Shown here: positions 40,000 through 52,200 of the stretch, one piece after another | Position numbering within the stretch: the first letter of the stretch is position 1 | Layout: each line of letters starts with the position of its first letter | NCBI GenBank assembly: GCA_030141605.1 | Contig: JAQGDQ010000219.1 | Coordinates: 1-64,000, forward strand | Length of the DNA stretch: 64,000 bases | Source: Tubiluchus corallicola | Taxonomy: Eukaryota; Animalia; Priapulida | Reading direction: 5' to 3' | Notes under the pieces: generated by a model | What the model saw: only the letters and a program-made list of their open reading frames with translations | What the model was told of the DNA's origin: nothing | The model's database searches: none | Made by a program: the position numbers and the translations under genes

Positions 40000-42310
40000 C
40001 GCTGCCTGGCTGTTCAGTTGTTTCTATTAATAAATGGGCTAAAACTTTTGATAAAGACTATGTTATGGGTATGGACATAATTTATCTTAATTTTTGTAAA
40101 ACATTTGTCTGCCACCTTTAAAAGGCTGTTGCGTAAATTAGAGTTTTCTGGTATTTGTGGTAGGCTGCTATGCACAAAATGGTGTTGTTACTACAGTGGT
40201 TGCCACTTAATTGACTCACGGTTAATAGATTCAATCGCTTAATTGACTCAAAAACGCCTGGAATGGGCTGCTTCTATTCAAGTATACATAAAAACTATCG
40301 GTAATTGACTCAAATAACTTCGCTTCAAATAATATTGACTCAATATTTTTCCTTCATGTACTTAAAATAAGACATTTGTATGTGCCTAAACAGCCTTTCC
40401 TACTTTTATGTCATCTTTACGTCTCTTTTGTGCATTATATATGTAGAAACAATCATGTTAAGTACCGTTTTGTTTATAAACAGGTACGTTTATCATGCGC
40501 TAATGTGCTAACGTAGCGGTTTTGTTTTGAATCTGTTACCCGCTTGCCCACTGCAATTAACCTCATTACCCAAAGAATTTCTGGAAGCTAAACATTTAAT
40601 CACTTGCTTAGCGGTTTCCTTTTGATGCTCTAGTTGCAAATCACGCTTTCAGGGTTAATGAGTTAATAGTCAAAGATGCAGGTACAGTAATCAGCCAGTG
40701 TTCCTTGTGACTTACAAGAGTAAACATCATACAGCAAATAAGGGCATAGAGTTAAGAAGTTTGAAAAATGGAGCATAAGCGTAAAGCTCTAACAATTAAA
40801 GAGAAACTGAAAATTGGATGACGGCTGTTTTGTTTAACGAATGGTTAGTGAAATGGATGCGAGCTTAAAGCGAAACATCATTTTACTGGTAGACAACTGT
40901 ACTGCCTGTGTAGTCAGCGCGTCATTGAAACACATACAGTTGCATTTTTGCCTGCAAACCCCACATCACTTATTCAGCCCTGTGATCAAGGCACTATTCG
41001 AACACTGAAGACATACTATAGAAGAGAAATATGGGCGAGAGTGTTAGAAGCAATGGATTCAGAAGATACCACTGGTCAATTAAACGCAAATGACCTAGCC
41101 AAAAAACTAGCCTCCTGAACGCTTCACATTTACTGGCTATGTCATGGAGCAATGTAAGTGAGCAGATGATTCTTCGCGAGAAAATGAAGCAGCCAACTTT
41201 GAAGGAATTTTTGTAATTTTTGCAAATAAACAGACTTGTGTGATTTAGAAAAGTATACTTTTTAATTTATTGTTAATTCACTTACGTAAATTAATATTTT
41301 AAAATGTTTTTTTTTCTAATTTTTAACTGCACAAAGGAATTTAGGCATTATTTCGATTCTAAAATTAATTAAAAGCCTTTGCAGTGCATAGTAAGCTGAT
41401 GACTCTATAGTAGTATTCTATAGCAGTAATACTACAGTTAATAGGTTCAGTCGGTTAACTGGGTCAAAACACGTCGGTCCCAAAAAAAGTCTATTAAGCG
41501 GCGACTACTGTAACTGGAAGATTGTCAAGTCTTATACCTCAGGCAACATTAAGTGGTCCATATTGTTTTATTTTATATGTAAATTGTATCTCAGATTGCA
41601 TTTCTTCCAGTATAATGTTTGTGGATATTAAATTATTTAAGTCTCATTTTAACTTTGCAATGCTTAAACTTGACCTTGATTCTGTTTGTGCATGGTCTGA
41701 TCAGTGGCTTTTGCAGCTGAAGCCTGTTAAAGGTGCACTGTTACATACGAGAAGTCAGTTTAGTTGTAATTATGACTTTGATGATAAAATGGTCGGTGGG
41801 GTTTACAGCTTTAAAGATGTAGGAGTGACTGTGTATGATACTTTGAAGTTTATTAATGTTATTGTTGAATTAGAATGGAAAGCCAATAGACATTAGTATG
41901 ATAAAGCAAAAGATTCTTCTGTCATTTTGCCTATAAAAGTTTGGTTTGTCCTGTGTTGAAATATGCTGAGCACTGTTGTGTGGTCACCATAGTTTATTAT
42001 GTATATTCAATGATTTAAAGCAATTCAAAGGCATCATCTTCGCTTAGTGTATCATGTTGATTTATTCTCTATGTCTTCTCTGGAACAAAGACGTAGCACT
42101 ATTGATTTTGTAAATGCACATTTGAATGACCACAAATTTCTTTTTTAGACCTTTTTTGGCTTCATGGACATTCTGATAAAGTTTTTGACCTAGTATTAGA
42201 ACATATGTACTGAAACATTTCTTTAGTCATCAAGTGATTAGTTTATGAAATCATCTTCTAAGTAAGGTAATACCTTCAGAGAACATAAGTAAATTTAAAA
42301 GTGTTATGAG
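40000..42310 (+). mobile_element. Decayed CR1/L2-group LINE RT region, split by a Tigger insertion
   Basis: MDIIYLNFCKTF (compare DxIYLDFxKAFD) before 40190 and SLIPQATLSGPYCFILYVN (compare SGVPQGSVLGP) after 41512, then KDVGVTV and YKSLVCPVLKYA. Confidence 0.8.
40194..41510 (+). mobile_element. Internally deleted Tigger/pogo DNA transposon
   Basis: TA|CAGTGGTTGCCACTTAAT ... ATTAAGCGGCGACTACTG|TA. Transposase remnants MEHKRKALTIKEKLKI, WMTAVLFNEWL, IILLVDNCTA and FLPANPTSLIQPCDQGTIRTLKTYYRR. Confidence 0.9.
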
Positions 42311-42756
42311 CTCGACACTCAGTGCCAAGTATAGGCTAGCATCACTAAACCATTCAGTGGTATAGATTCAACAGTAAGGTATGTCTCAAATGGTTGCTGT
42401 TGTAATTTCATTTAAACGCATTCAGACTACTACGTACAGTGCCTCACAAAAAATGCATATGTTGGAAATCATCGGTTAGTTTATCAGCTGATCTATAGTG
42501 TTATTAAAACCATGCTTAGTGATAATAACAAATTTTCAGAATAGAAGTCTCCTCAAAGAAAAGACATTTTCTCAACTTTTCCATTAAATGCATAGGTACT
42601 TACAACAGTTGCAGATTCCACAGTACAACATAACATAACATAATATTTTATTTACATAAAATTAGTATGCACACTGACCTAGTTCTTGGCGAGTGACTAG
42701 TACAACATAGTGGGTTGTTAGTAGTAATACATTGTAGTACCTAAAATTCAAGTTAA

Positions 42757-42870
42757 AGGAAAACCGGACCCAGTCTTAAACTATACCTCAAAACAATCTA
42801 ATCTATAAAATATTGAAAGGGAATATATTATTTTCTAAAAATTACTTACATGAAAAAATTATTACTGCAT
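42757..42870 (-). mobile_element. Terminal fragment of the Kolobok-like family
   Basis: TTAA|AGGAAAACCGGACCCAGTCTTAAACT matches 54757 onward and the reverse complement of about 8810-8922. Confidence 0.7.
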
Positions 42871-43260
42871 AAACATAATTATTATAATTAAAAGTCCTTG
42901 TAAATCGAGGTTAAATTACATTACATTACTTAAGATACACTAATATTTAAAATTGCAAATAAATTACATTACATTAAAACGACCTAATGTTAATTAAAAT
43001 GGACTGAAGTTTAAATTCCATTTAAAAGACAATAATTTACGTTTAGGTTAATCTTATTAAAATCCATTATTATAATATCTTGTGTCACAGTGCAATGAAC
43101 TTACTGATAATTAAAAAGTGCATATGGTATAAAACTACTTTTAAAACGTTCACCTACGGCAAAGAGGTAAAGGGTACATTAGTTGTTTGTGAAGATTGTG
43201 CTTATGGGGGTTGCGATTAGGTAATAAATAATGGAGCATTTGCCCGCCTAGTTTTTCGCC

Positions 43261-43273
43261 ATCGCATGCGCAT
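43261..43273. promoter_or_regulatory. NRF1-type motif CGCATGCGCA in the LAS1L promoter
   Basis: ATCGCATGCGCAT about 20-30 nt before ATG 43291, in a small CpG-rich patch. Confidence 0.45.
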
Positions 43274-43290
43274 CGCCGTTCGCTAGGTAG

Positions 43291-46200
43291 ATGAGCACTA
43301 ATGCTTACATCTTAAAAATGCATCGTGCAAAAACATGCACTGTGCCTCTAGTTCAGACGTGGTTCAGCTGTGATGTAATGCACACGTTCGAGACCTCATG
43401 CAATGGTAAACATGAAATTGTTTTTAAATTTAAAATTAGTGGAGCTTTTATGTATTACACTGACTATTAATTTTTGCTTTCACTAACACGTGCAACATGT
43501 CATGGAATGTTTGCATTAGTTATTGAAAATATATTACTTTATGATTTATAAGTCTCATATGTTGTTTATATGATTGCTGTCTGGAAACCAGAGCATAGTA
43601 AAATTCAATGTTTCATCACATATCAATGGCATGTGCTTTTAATCTATTATAGTAAAATTTTATTAGTACTAGTCACTTACAGAATTACTACTGTCAACTA
43701 AATTACAAAAGTGTTATTTTTTAATGTCCTTTTCTGTTAATTTTAGCAAGGAGTGGAAAAATGTATATTCAAACCTATACAGTAGGGATAGTAGCCTGAG
43801 GTCAAAAGCTTGTGAGTTCATTAGCATCTGGCGGAGCAGGTAAGCCAATGCAAATTCATTTTATTCATTTTTTTTATTTATATCATCAGTAATTATATGT
43901 ATTTACTTGGAAAACATTGTTTTCAATAAAAAAAAATTAAAATCCTCTATGCTGGAATCAGTTATTAGTTGTCTGCAGTATTTGAATAGTTGGTGTACGG
44001 TGAAGAATGCCATCCTCTGGAACCTTATATCTTCTTCATTATTGTAGATCTGTGTTCACAGGTTATTTAGCTCACCTTAATTCAATATACTTACATCATA
44101 TTTTCACTAGTGCTTTAATTCGTAGACTAATAATATGTACTTTTTGTTCTGTGTGATGTTTGAAAAATTGTTTTTTTATGAATGGTGATTAATCTGTTAA
44201 AGCAATCGAAATTTTGTTCACTTCTTGTTCTCTAAAAAAGAACTTTTAATGAGATTCATCATATATCAAAATGTCTTTGCGTCATTGAAACCAGAAGTTC
44301 TATAGTATCATTATACCACTGCACTTAATCCTGATTTTAAATTTTACTGAATATTTTGGGGAATTAAAAAAAAATTCCATACAAAATGTTCGGTAAAGTA
44401 CTCATGTGATAAAACAGCAGAAAATAGGAACTTCAAAATTGGAAAATTAGATAAAAAACATAGTAAAGTTATCATTACATATTCAGAAGGTTAAATACTT
44501 AGAAGGTATTATTTGCTAACAATATTAAGAATGTCAAGACCCTTAAATACAGGAAACGTGTTAGTTTTCAAGACACTGCCCTAGTCAAAATAATTAAGGC
44601 GAGTTTACATTGCTGCTTTATACTTGCAGTTCTAGTTACTTGGGTAAAGCATTTTGGACGCTTACATTTACTTGAGTACTGTGGTCCGTTGTATATTTAA
44701 GTAGCGGGCATTTATGCTGGTATTTGGTTAAAGTAGTTAAAATGCAAGTTGAGTTGCTTAAGTTTTAAGTTTTAGTTTGCTCAAACTAAAAGCTACCAAT
44801 TTACACCAAATTTAATTGGATTTTTCCAATGTCAGCAGAATAACAGTTATATATTAACTCTAAAAACTCTAAATTCTTTCTATCCCGTTGCAATTCGTAC
44901 CATAAACACTAAATTTCAATAAATCTCCAGTATTAATTATTTATGTCACTGTACAACTGATTGAATTATTTGTGTTAATCTCCTTATTGTTTCCATAACA
45001 CTTCCATTGCATGTATTATGCTTCAATGACAATAAATTCCTTACTTATTTACTTATGTATGTATCGGTTTAGTATTTCTAGTATGTATTATTATTTTGCT
45101 TCACAGTGCTCATGCTTTACAGCAAAATATTCTTGATTCACCCATGGTTTTTACTTATTGTTATTTGTGCTTTTTTGTGTTTTTCATAACTCACACATGC
45201 ACAGGGGAAGCCCACAGGGCATGCTCCTTAGGTCAACTATCTTGGAGCAGGTGGGGTTTCATGTGTTTTTGTTAGGCTGAATCTCCTACAGTTTTGAGCT
45301 GGGGCAATTTTTGGTATGTGGCTGGGTGGGATCAAGATTTTTTGCATGGCTGAACACGAGCCATTTGCATAAGGGAAAATTTTCTGATGGGGCGCAAAAC
45401 CGAATTCGGGGGAGGGGGGGGACCAATGCTTTCAAGAGTCGAGCAATAGTAGCTTGTAATATATTAAATGAAAGGTATGTTGAGGCAAATCGAATGGCAA
45501 GAGTTACACCCAGATTGGTTGATCTGCGACACCATCGCTACCAAGGTTAAGCAACAGTAGGTTGTAGTACACCAAATGAAAGGCCTTATTGTGACAAATT
45601 GAATGGTATGAGTTATGCTGAGACAGGTTGATACTTAACCCTGTCAAGAGTGAAACACCAAAATTGGATCGACTGGTGAGACAAGCGCCCCTAGTTTCGA
45701 ACAACAACAGCTTATGAGAGAAATCGATGGTTTGAGTTACACCCAAATTGGGTGGCACCTGACTCTGTTAAGAGGTAAACACTGAAACTAGGGAGTTGGG
45801 GAGATAGATGTTTGCATCGTTAAGCAACAATAATTGTAGTTTATCAAATAAAAAGTTTCGATGACAAATTGAATGGCGTACATTGACCATTGACCCATGT
45901 GCCACTGATCAAAAACTGGCAAGTTTCGATTTCGTTGAAATTATTAATATCAAGGAAAGCTTACTTATGCATATGTTGTTAAATATTCTGAAGAACATTT
46001 TTATTCATAAATATGAAACGAAACATGCCACTTAAAGCCTATCCTATTACAGAAGCAGAATTTTACCACAGTTTTTGTCAGCGCCAAAAACTTCACTAGT
46101 TATTATTATTATTGTTAATTTATAATTTTAAGAATTTGTCTTGTATTGATTTTCTTCTCTGTAATCTTTCAGAACAGACATTCCTGGGGCTGTTGAATGT

Positions 46201-49200
46201 ACAGTGATTCTTAATCAAGCATTGTCTGAAGTGGAACAAAGTTTGACATCTGATCACCATAAGTCTGAGAGTGAATTGCAGCTGCTTTTGTCTATGGCAC
46301 TAGTCCGGTTAGTTTCAGTGGTGTAGCCAGGGTTTGTGGGTGTGCAGATCACATGTTGGGGTGGCCAAATTTGGCCAAGGCTGGCGTTACAGCACGGTAT
46401 AGGATGATTGATATTTAGTGATAAATTATGGTACAGTAATTTCTCCATGTATGATTAAGGTACTTATCTGTATCTAAGAATATGGTGTAGAGTAGAAGGA
46501 TAGTGAAATATCAATCACCTAGCAGTTCACCTCACAATGGCCTGTCAGGCGCTTCAACCGGCTAGCTGCTCTACAACCTGAGAACTTTCCTCACAAACAG
46601 CATAGTAAACATGCATACAGAATATATTTATACTTAAGCATACAAAATATAGAGCAGAAGTGTCTGTCCATGGTTAAATTATTTTTAGTTAGACAAGAAG
46701 GATAGAAAAATATTGCCGATGGGTCATACATGTGGAAAACCTTACAAAAAACTGAAGCCTTTAATAAAAATTAATAAAAACCATGCTGTTTTTCCAAAGT
46801 AGTTGGCTTTCTGTTGTTTCATATTTGAAATATGACGTTATGCTTTGACTTAAGCATATAATGTACTGACTTCAGCACTATTCATGCACAGCAGGAGGTT
46901 GCAAGTTACTGCTGGACAGAGACAAAATAGTATTTATTAAAGTTGATATCTCTTAATTATTATATTCACAAAGTTTAGCATGGACTGCTTAGGCTGTTTA
47001 AAATGAAATGTTATAGCTTACATAATTATTTTAAGTTGTTCGTGCCAGTCGTTTTACATGTATTTTTGTAATATATATTATATATGTATTTTACATATAA
47101 CGGAGATATCCTTCTCAGCAGCTGAGGTTCAGATTTGTTTTACACTAAGCAGATTTTCGTTGAAGGATTTAGGTTGCATAACAAAGTTTTAATTTTCTTA
47201 CTGAATTTCGATCCCAAGACACTGGAAAACAATTTTTTACAAACGTAAGTAAAATATATATGATTTTACATCACGTTCGTGTGGCAGTAAACTTTTCTCG
47301 TTGAAGAAAAGATAACGCTGTTTAACTTTTCACATAACCTTGACCAAAATTATCAAATACTCTTATTTGTTGTAATCAGTTAAGTGTCACAGTCATACCT
47401 TTTCTGGGATAACTGACAAATTATTATAAAATGTCCATTCATTTTTGGTGTTTTTCATATACGTTTGTAGTTATTTTATACGGTAGTGGCTGTTAGACAG
47501 CAAGAGTTTGTGAGACTTAATCCATGAGGCATTAGTGCTGACTGCGATCTGTGTATTAATTACAGTGTGTTCTCATTTATCTAATTGCACTGCAGATTAA
47601 TCTACTACATATTGTACATATTACTGTGCATTCTGTACAAAAATGAAATTAAATACATTTTGTTTGCAGCAATTTAAGTCTGATAAGTATAGCAAATTAC
47701 AAACAGACTGGAAGAACAATTTAAGATTACAAAGTATGTTCTCTTTCCTGCTGCCCAATAACCTAAACAAAAAAATGCTGGCAGCTAGCTAGACTGAACA
47801 GAAACCCAGCATTGTTTTTTAATGATCCTTCCTCAAATGTATTAATCTGCACATGTATTCATTGTGTTGTGATTCTATGAATGGTAACATTTATTTGCTG
47901 CAATGATAGACTTGTAACTGCAGGAACATACTTACAGTGTGTTACTTAACAACCAGACTTGACGTCCATAATGAATCTCTCTGTGCAGCATAGTTTTTGG
48001 ACAGTTCTATAGGACTTATTTACCTGTAAGCGTGGTTACTGATTTGCAAAATTATTGCTCGGAGATCTTATTTAGCTATTAGAGCAGCATCAGATTATAA
48101 TGCTTCTTCATACTATTATCAGCAATTTTTACAGCACCCGTAATGCCATCTACTAAAACTTTTAAAGAATTAACAGGAACTAGTGTACATTTTAAAAGGG
48201 AAAAGAGAAAGAGAAATGTCATACTTTTTTTCTTGAAAGTAAACCTGAATCAATCAAATTGTTGCCCACACATGCTAAGATTGTGTTTTTTAGACATTTT
48301 TACTTTTGTTTTTAATATTTTGTAGGTTTGTAAATGTTGTGGTGGACACACAGAATGCTAAGACAAAAATGCAACAACCCATACACGTCTGTTGCGCAAA
48401 GGTAATGTTGCCATAACTGCAAATCTCTACCACAATTAATTTTTTGGATGTAACAGCCTCGTGGTATTAATGTTTTTAGCGTAATTTTTATTTTTGTTGA
48501 CCTTTTTAATTTTAAAAACAATTTAGTGGCACATTGAAAACACTGACGATCAAATATCAATGTTTCTGAGCAGCTTTTATTTCTTAACATAATTATGTGT
48601 TTGAATTACTATATAGTATAGATCTAGATTTTTTTCTTCAATAATGTTTAGTTAAGTGAACAGGATTAATTTTACTTATATCATATTTTTGTTACACCAG
48701 TCTTTTTTTGAATATTATCTTTTGGCTAAATCTGAAAAATGTTCAATCTGTAATCTACTTTAAAAATGATAACGAAAGACTAACCAAGTTAACTGCGTTG
48801 CCTTTGAAGATTGAGCCGTAGTGAAATGATTTATGTTTTCAGATGGGTGTTCCCGAATGGTTAGTTGACTTGAGACATAATGCTGCCCATTATACACTGC
48901 CAGCATTGAACACACTCAAATTTGGTGTTGAATTTGCTTTGTCATGGTTGAAGGTAGGGTGACAAAAGCTTTGAATTGTGACATGTTGGTGTCATTTCAC
49001 AGGTTTTATTAGTTCACCTTTGCATGAATTTTAAAACTGTTTGTAGGATTATGTGATATTAGTAAAATTGTGAGTCATGAAAATTAAACTGCAGAAGATT
49101 TTACAAAATCTGTGAAACCATAATGACAATGTTAAAAAACTTTCATTATCCATAGGTAGGCAAAAATTAATGGCTGGAAGTTGTTTTGGAAGGTTATATA

Positions 49201-52200
49201 CCGCTGTATCACAATTTATAGCCTAATCTCAATGCTTTTTTTGTAACTGTAGATACTTCTAGTTTTAATTATTGTAGGTATCCCCGAGTTATTTATAATT
49301 TTCTGTGTTCCAATAAATAGAATTCATATAGCTAACCTGCTAGTATTAGAGTGGGTTTGCTGATGTTTGTCTTGAATTGGGTGAAGTTACAGGTTTCAGA
49401 GAAGTGATTTCTTGGTAAAAAGTTTCACAGATAAGGAGCCAGAAGGAAAAATACACATAGGATGTGCAGCAAAAGGCTGTGAGAAAGAACAATTACATGA
49501 CTGCAAACAAACTGTCAGTATTTACGGAACTTGTGATGAGGGCATCTTGATAGGAGTAGCGACATAAGAGGCTTAATGTAGCAATTGACCTTTATTAAAC
49601 AAGAGACTGCAGAGTTGATCCCAAATCAGCGCCTCCCCCAACCAGAACCAGCCCATGTGTGAATGAGGTACTCCATGCAAGGTCGTATGATCGATTTATA
49701 AAAGTAGGATGTAGCTTCAGAAGTTAGATAACTATGGGCATGTTGAAAGCTTCTTACATTTTATGTTTTTGCCCACTTTTGTAATTCTCCCATCTAGGCT
49801 CAGCCCAGAACATAAGTCAAGGCCAAGCAAGTGGACCTAAAACTGACCGGAAAAAGAATAAACGCCTTATTTGTATAATTATAGTAGGCCTTGCTGTTAA
49901 TTACAACTTGTAATCTATGATTATTGAGATATGATAACGTAACAGATAGAGTTTGCTGCACTTATGTCATATGATTAAAGTTTGTGGACTACTAACTTGT
50001 AATGCTAAGAGATATTAAGTGTTGCTGAGTGATTAAGGGTAGCAGTGGAGAGTAGAGCAAAAGGTATGCTGTACATCAGCAAGAACATTGTTATGGGCCA
50101 AGAAATGTAACAGATGCTCATTTAATTTGGCTTCAAATCTTTACTGGGCACAGGCTAATAGGGCAGTAACGGTTATGTTTGTTGGTTGTTTGGCTTATAA
50201 TAGTTTTCGCAACTACTTACCGTGTTCTTCTCGAATTCACCTCTTTGTACAAATTTGCTAAATTTGTTAACTTTTACAGGAATGGTATTGGGAAACTAAG
50301 TGCAGGCAAGTAAATCAAATGGCAAACATCACAAACAGAAACTCAGGGCAGGCATTCATTAGAAGAGATGTTAGTGATTCAGTTCAAGCCATTTTGATGG
50401 ATTACCAAGAAAAACAATATAATGTAAGTGGTTTTGAAAAATTTCATTACTTTTTAAGGAAATTTGCTGCAGTAGCTGTCAGTCAGTTAGCCAAACCGTT
50501 AGACATATGTCTGTGGAATAAAAATTACAGACATAGTGAGTGCTGCTATTTATTTTGAAAATTAGGCCTACATTTCATCTGCTTCTTATAGCCATTGCCA
50601 AACCAAAAAGTGTTTGGTCAAAATAAATAAAATGAATCCAGAAGTGAAACATGCAATTATAATCACAACTATTATTATTAGCAAGGTGATCCTGGACCAC
50701 AAAGGTGGCTTTTTACTTTGAATCATTCTGTAAAGGTTGCTGGTTATCCCATTAAAATTTATAAAATTATATTTACACAATTTTTTCTCCAGTTTTACAC
50801 ATTTTCTTAGTTATAATTTGGGTTGCTTCTAATGTGGTAGCAACGTGATGGTCCATAATAACAACTCATAATAGCTGTCAGAGATGGTGTCACCTTTGTG
50901 GCAACTGTTTATATACAGGATTGTTTCATTTGCAAATGTATTGTGCTTGTTTTGTTTGCAACAAGTTTTTTGTTGAAAATGACTATAGTAAAAGTGGCCA
51001 AAGCAATTCTCAGTAATTTTTTAAATAAATGTCTAAGGTCACTGTATTTGTAACATCATAGGTGTTTTTGTTCTTGATAAAAATGGAGATTTCTACAGGA
51101 AAAGAGTTTGTACCACGGTGAGTTTTATGTATCATTTTTTTAAGTGTGTGACTAATTTTTTTCTTATGCTTGCACACGTTGTTTATATCATGATCATTAA
51201 TTAATGTTATCTATTCTGTTTACAGCAAATGGAGACGGAAGGGAGGTTTGCAGACAAGGATGAAAGTGCAAGGGAGGTGTGTTTAGCACAAATCAAGGAG
51301 AAGCTGTGTGATCTAGCAAGGTCACATAGCAATGTCTTAATTGGTACATTAATTCTTGACGGATTTCTGATTCCAACTGAAGAACAGCTCAAGGCACTGC
51401 GCATAAATAGGAGTGGTACGCACTGTACTTATTATTGGACCTCTACCTGAGTTTGCCGAAATTTATTTTATGGCATGGTAGAATAGTCTGAGACTATCTG
51501 TACTGGCATATTATACATTGATGACATTTAATTAGATTAAAATTAAACTCACTGTGCTTGTCTGGCAACATAATTATTGCACATTCAGCAAATACTTGTT
51601 GAGGAATTTTTGTCCAGTTGTAGAGCTTAGAAACTAAAGTAATCCTGTGCCATCATGTGCAAAAACAAATTGTAGCTTGTTTACAGTACTTTGAAAAACA
51701 CAAACGGCTCTAATAAAACATACATTGTGTTTATACTTGATGCAATTTTTAATATTCATTGCATAGTTTTTGAGAAATTATGTCTTTATGAAAAGTAAAT
51801 ATTCTAATAGGTATTTAAATTTCTGTAACTAATATCCATCGGTTACAGTTTACAGCACCTTTGTAATTTTAGGGGGTATTTAAAGTAATTCCTTTTGTCA
51901 AGGAGGAACTTGGAATTAAAATTAATTTCCTTTCGTAGTTTCTTCTCGAGTTAACTTTTGCGAATTTTTACTTTTCTATCCTAATTAGGCTAGGAGCTCC
52001 TCAAAAAAGCAAAGTTTGTTGTTGCCTGGAACTTTTAAATGGTATCATCTATTTTAGGCCTTTTGTCATGGATTATTTTGTGCATGACGTAGAAACTAAG
52101 CTTCTCTTAGTAAATAGTGTGTACTTTAGTATGCATACAGAACCTATCTTGTTAATGCATAATTTAACATCATTTGGATTTCAATATACAATTAGATCTC

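Noticed and set aside
45485-45876. Possible CRISPR-like repeat-spacer pattern
   Set aside because: The units are long, diverged and irregular, there are no cas genes, and the context is a eukaryotic intron.
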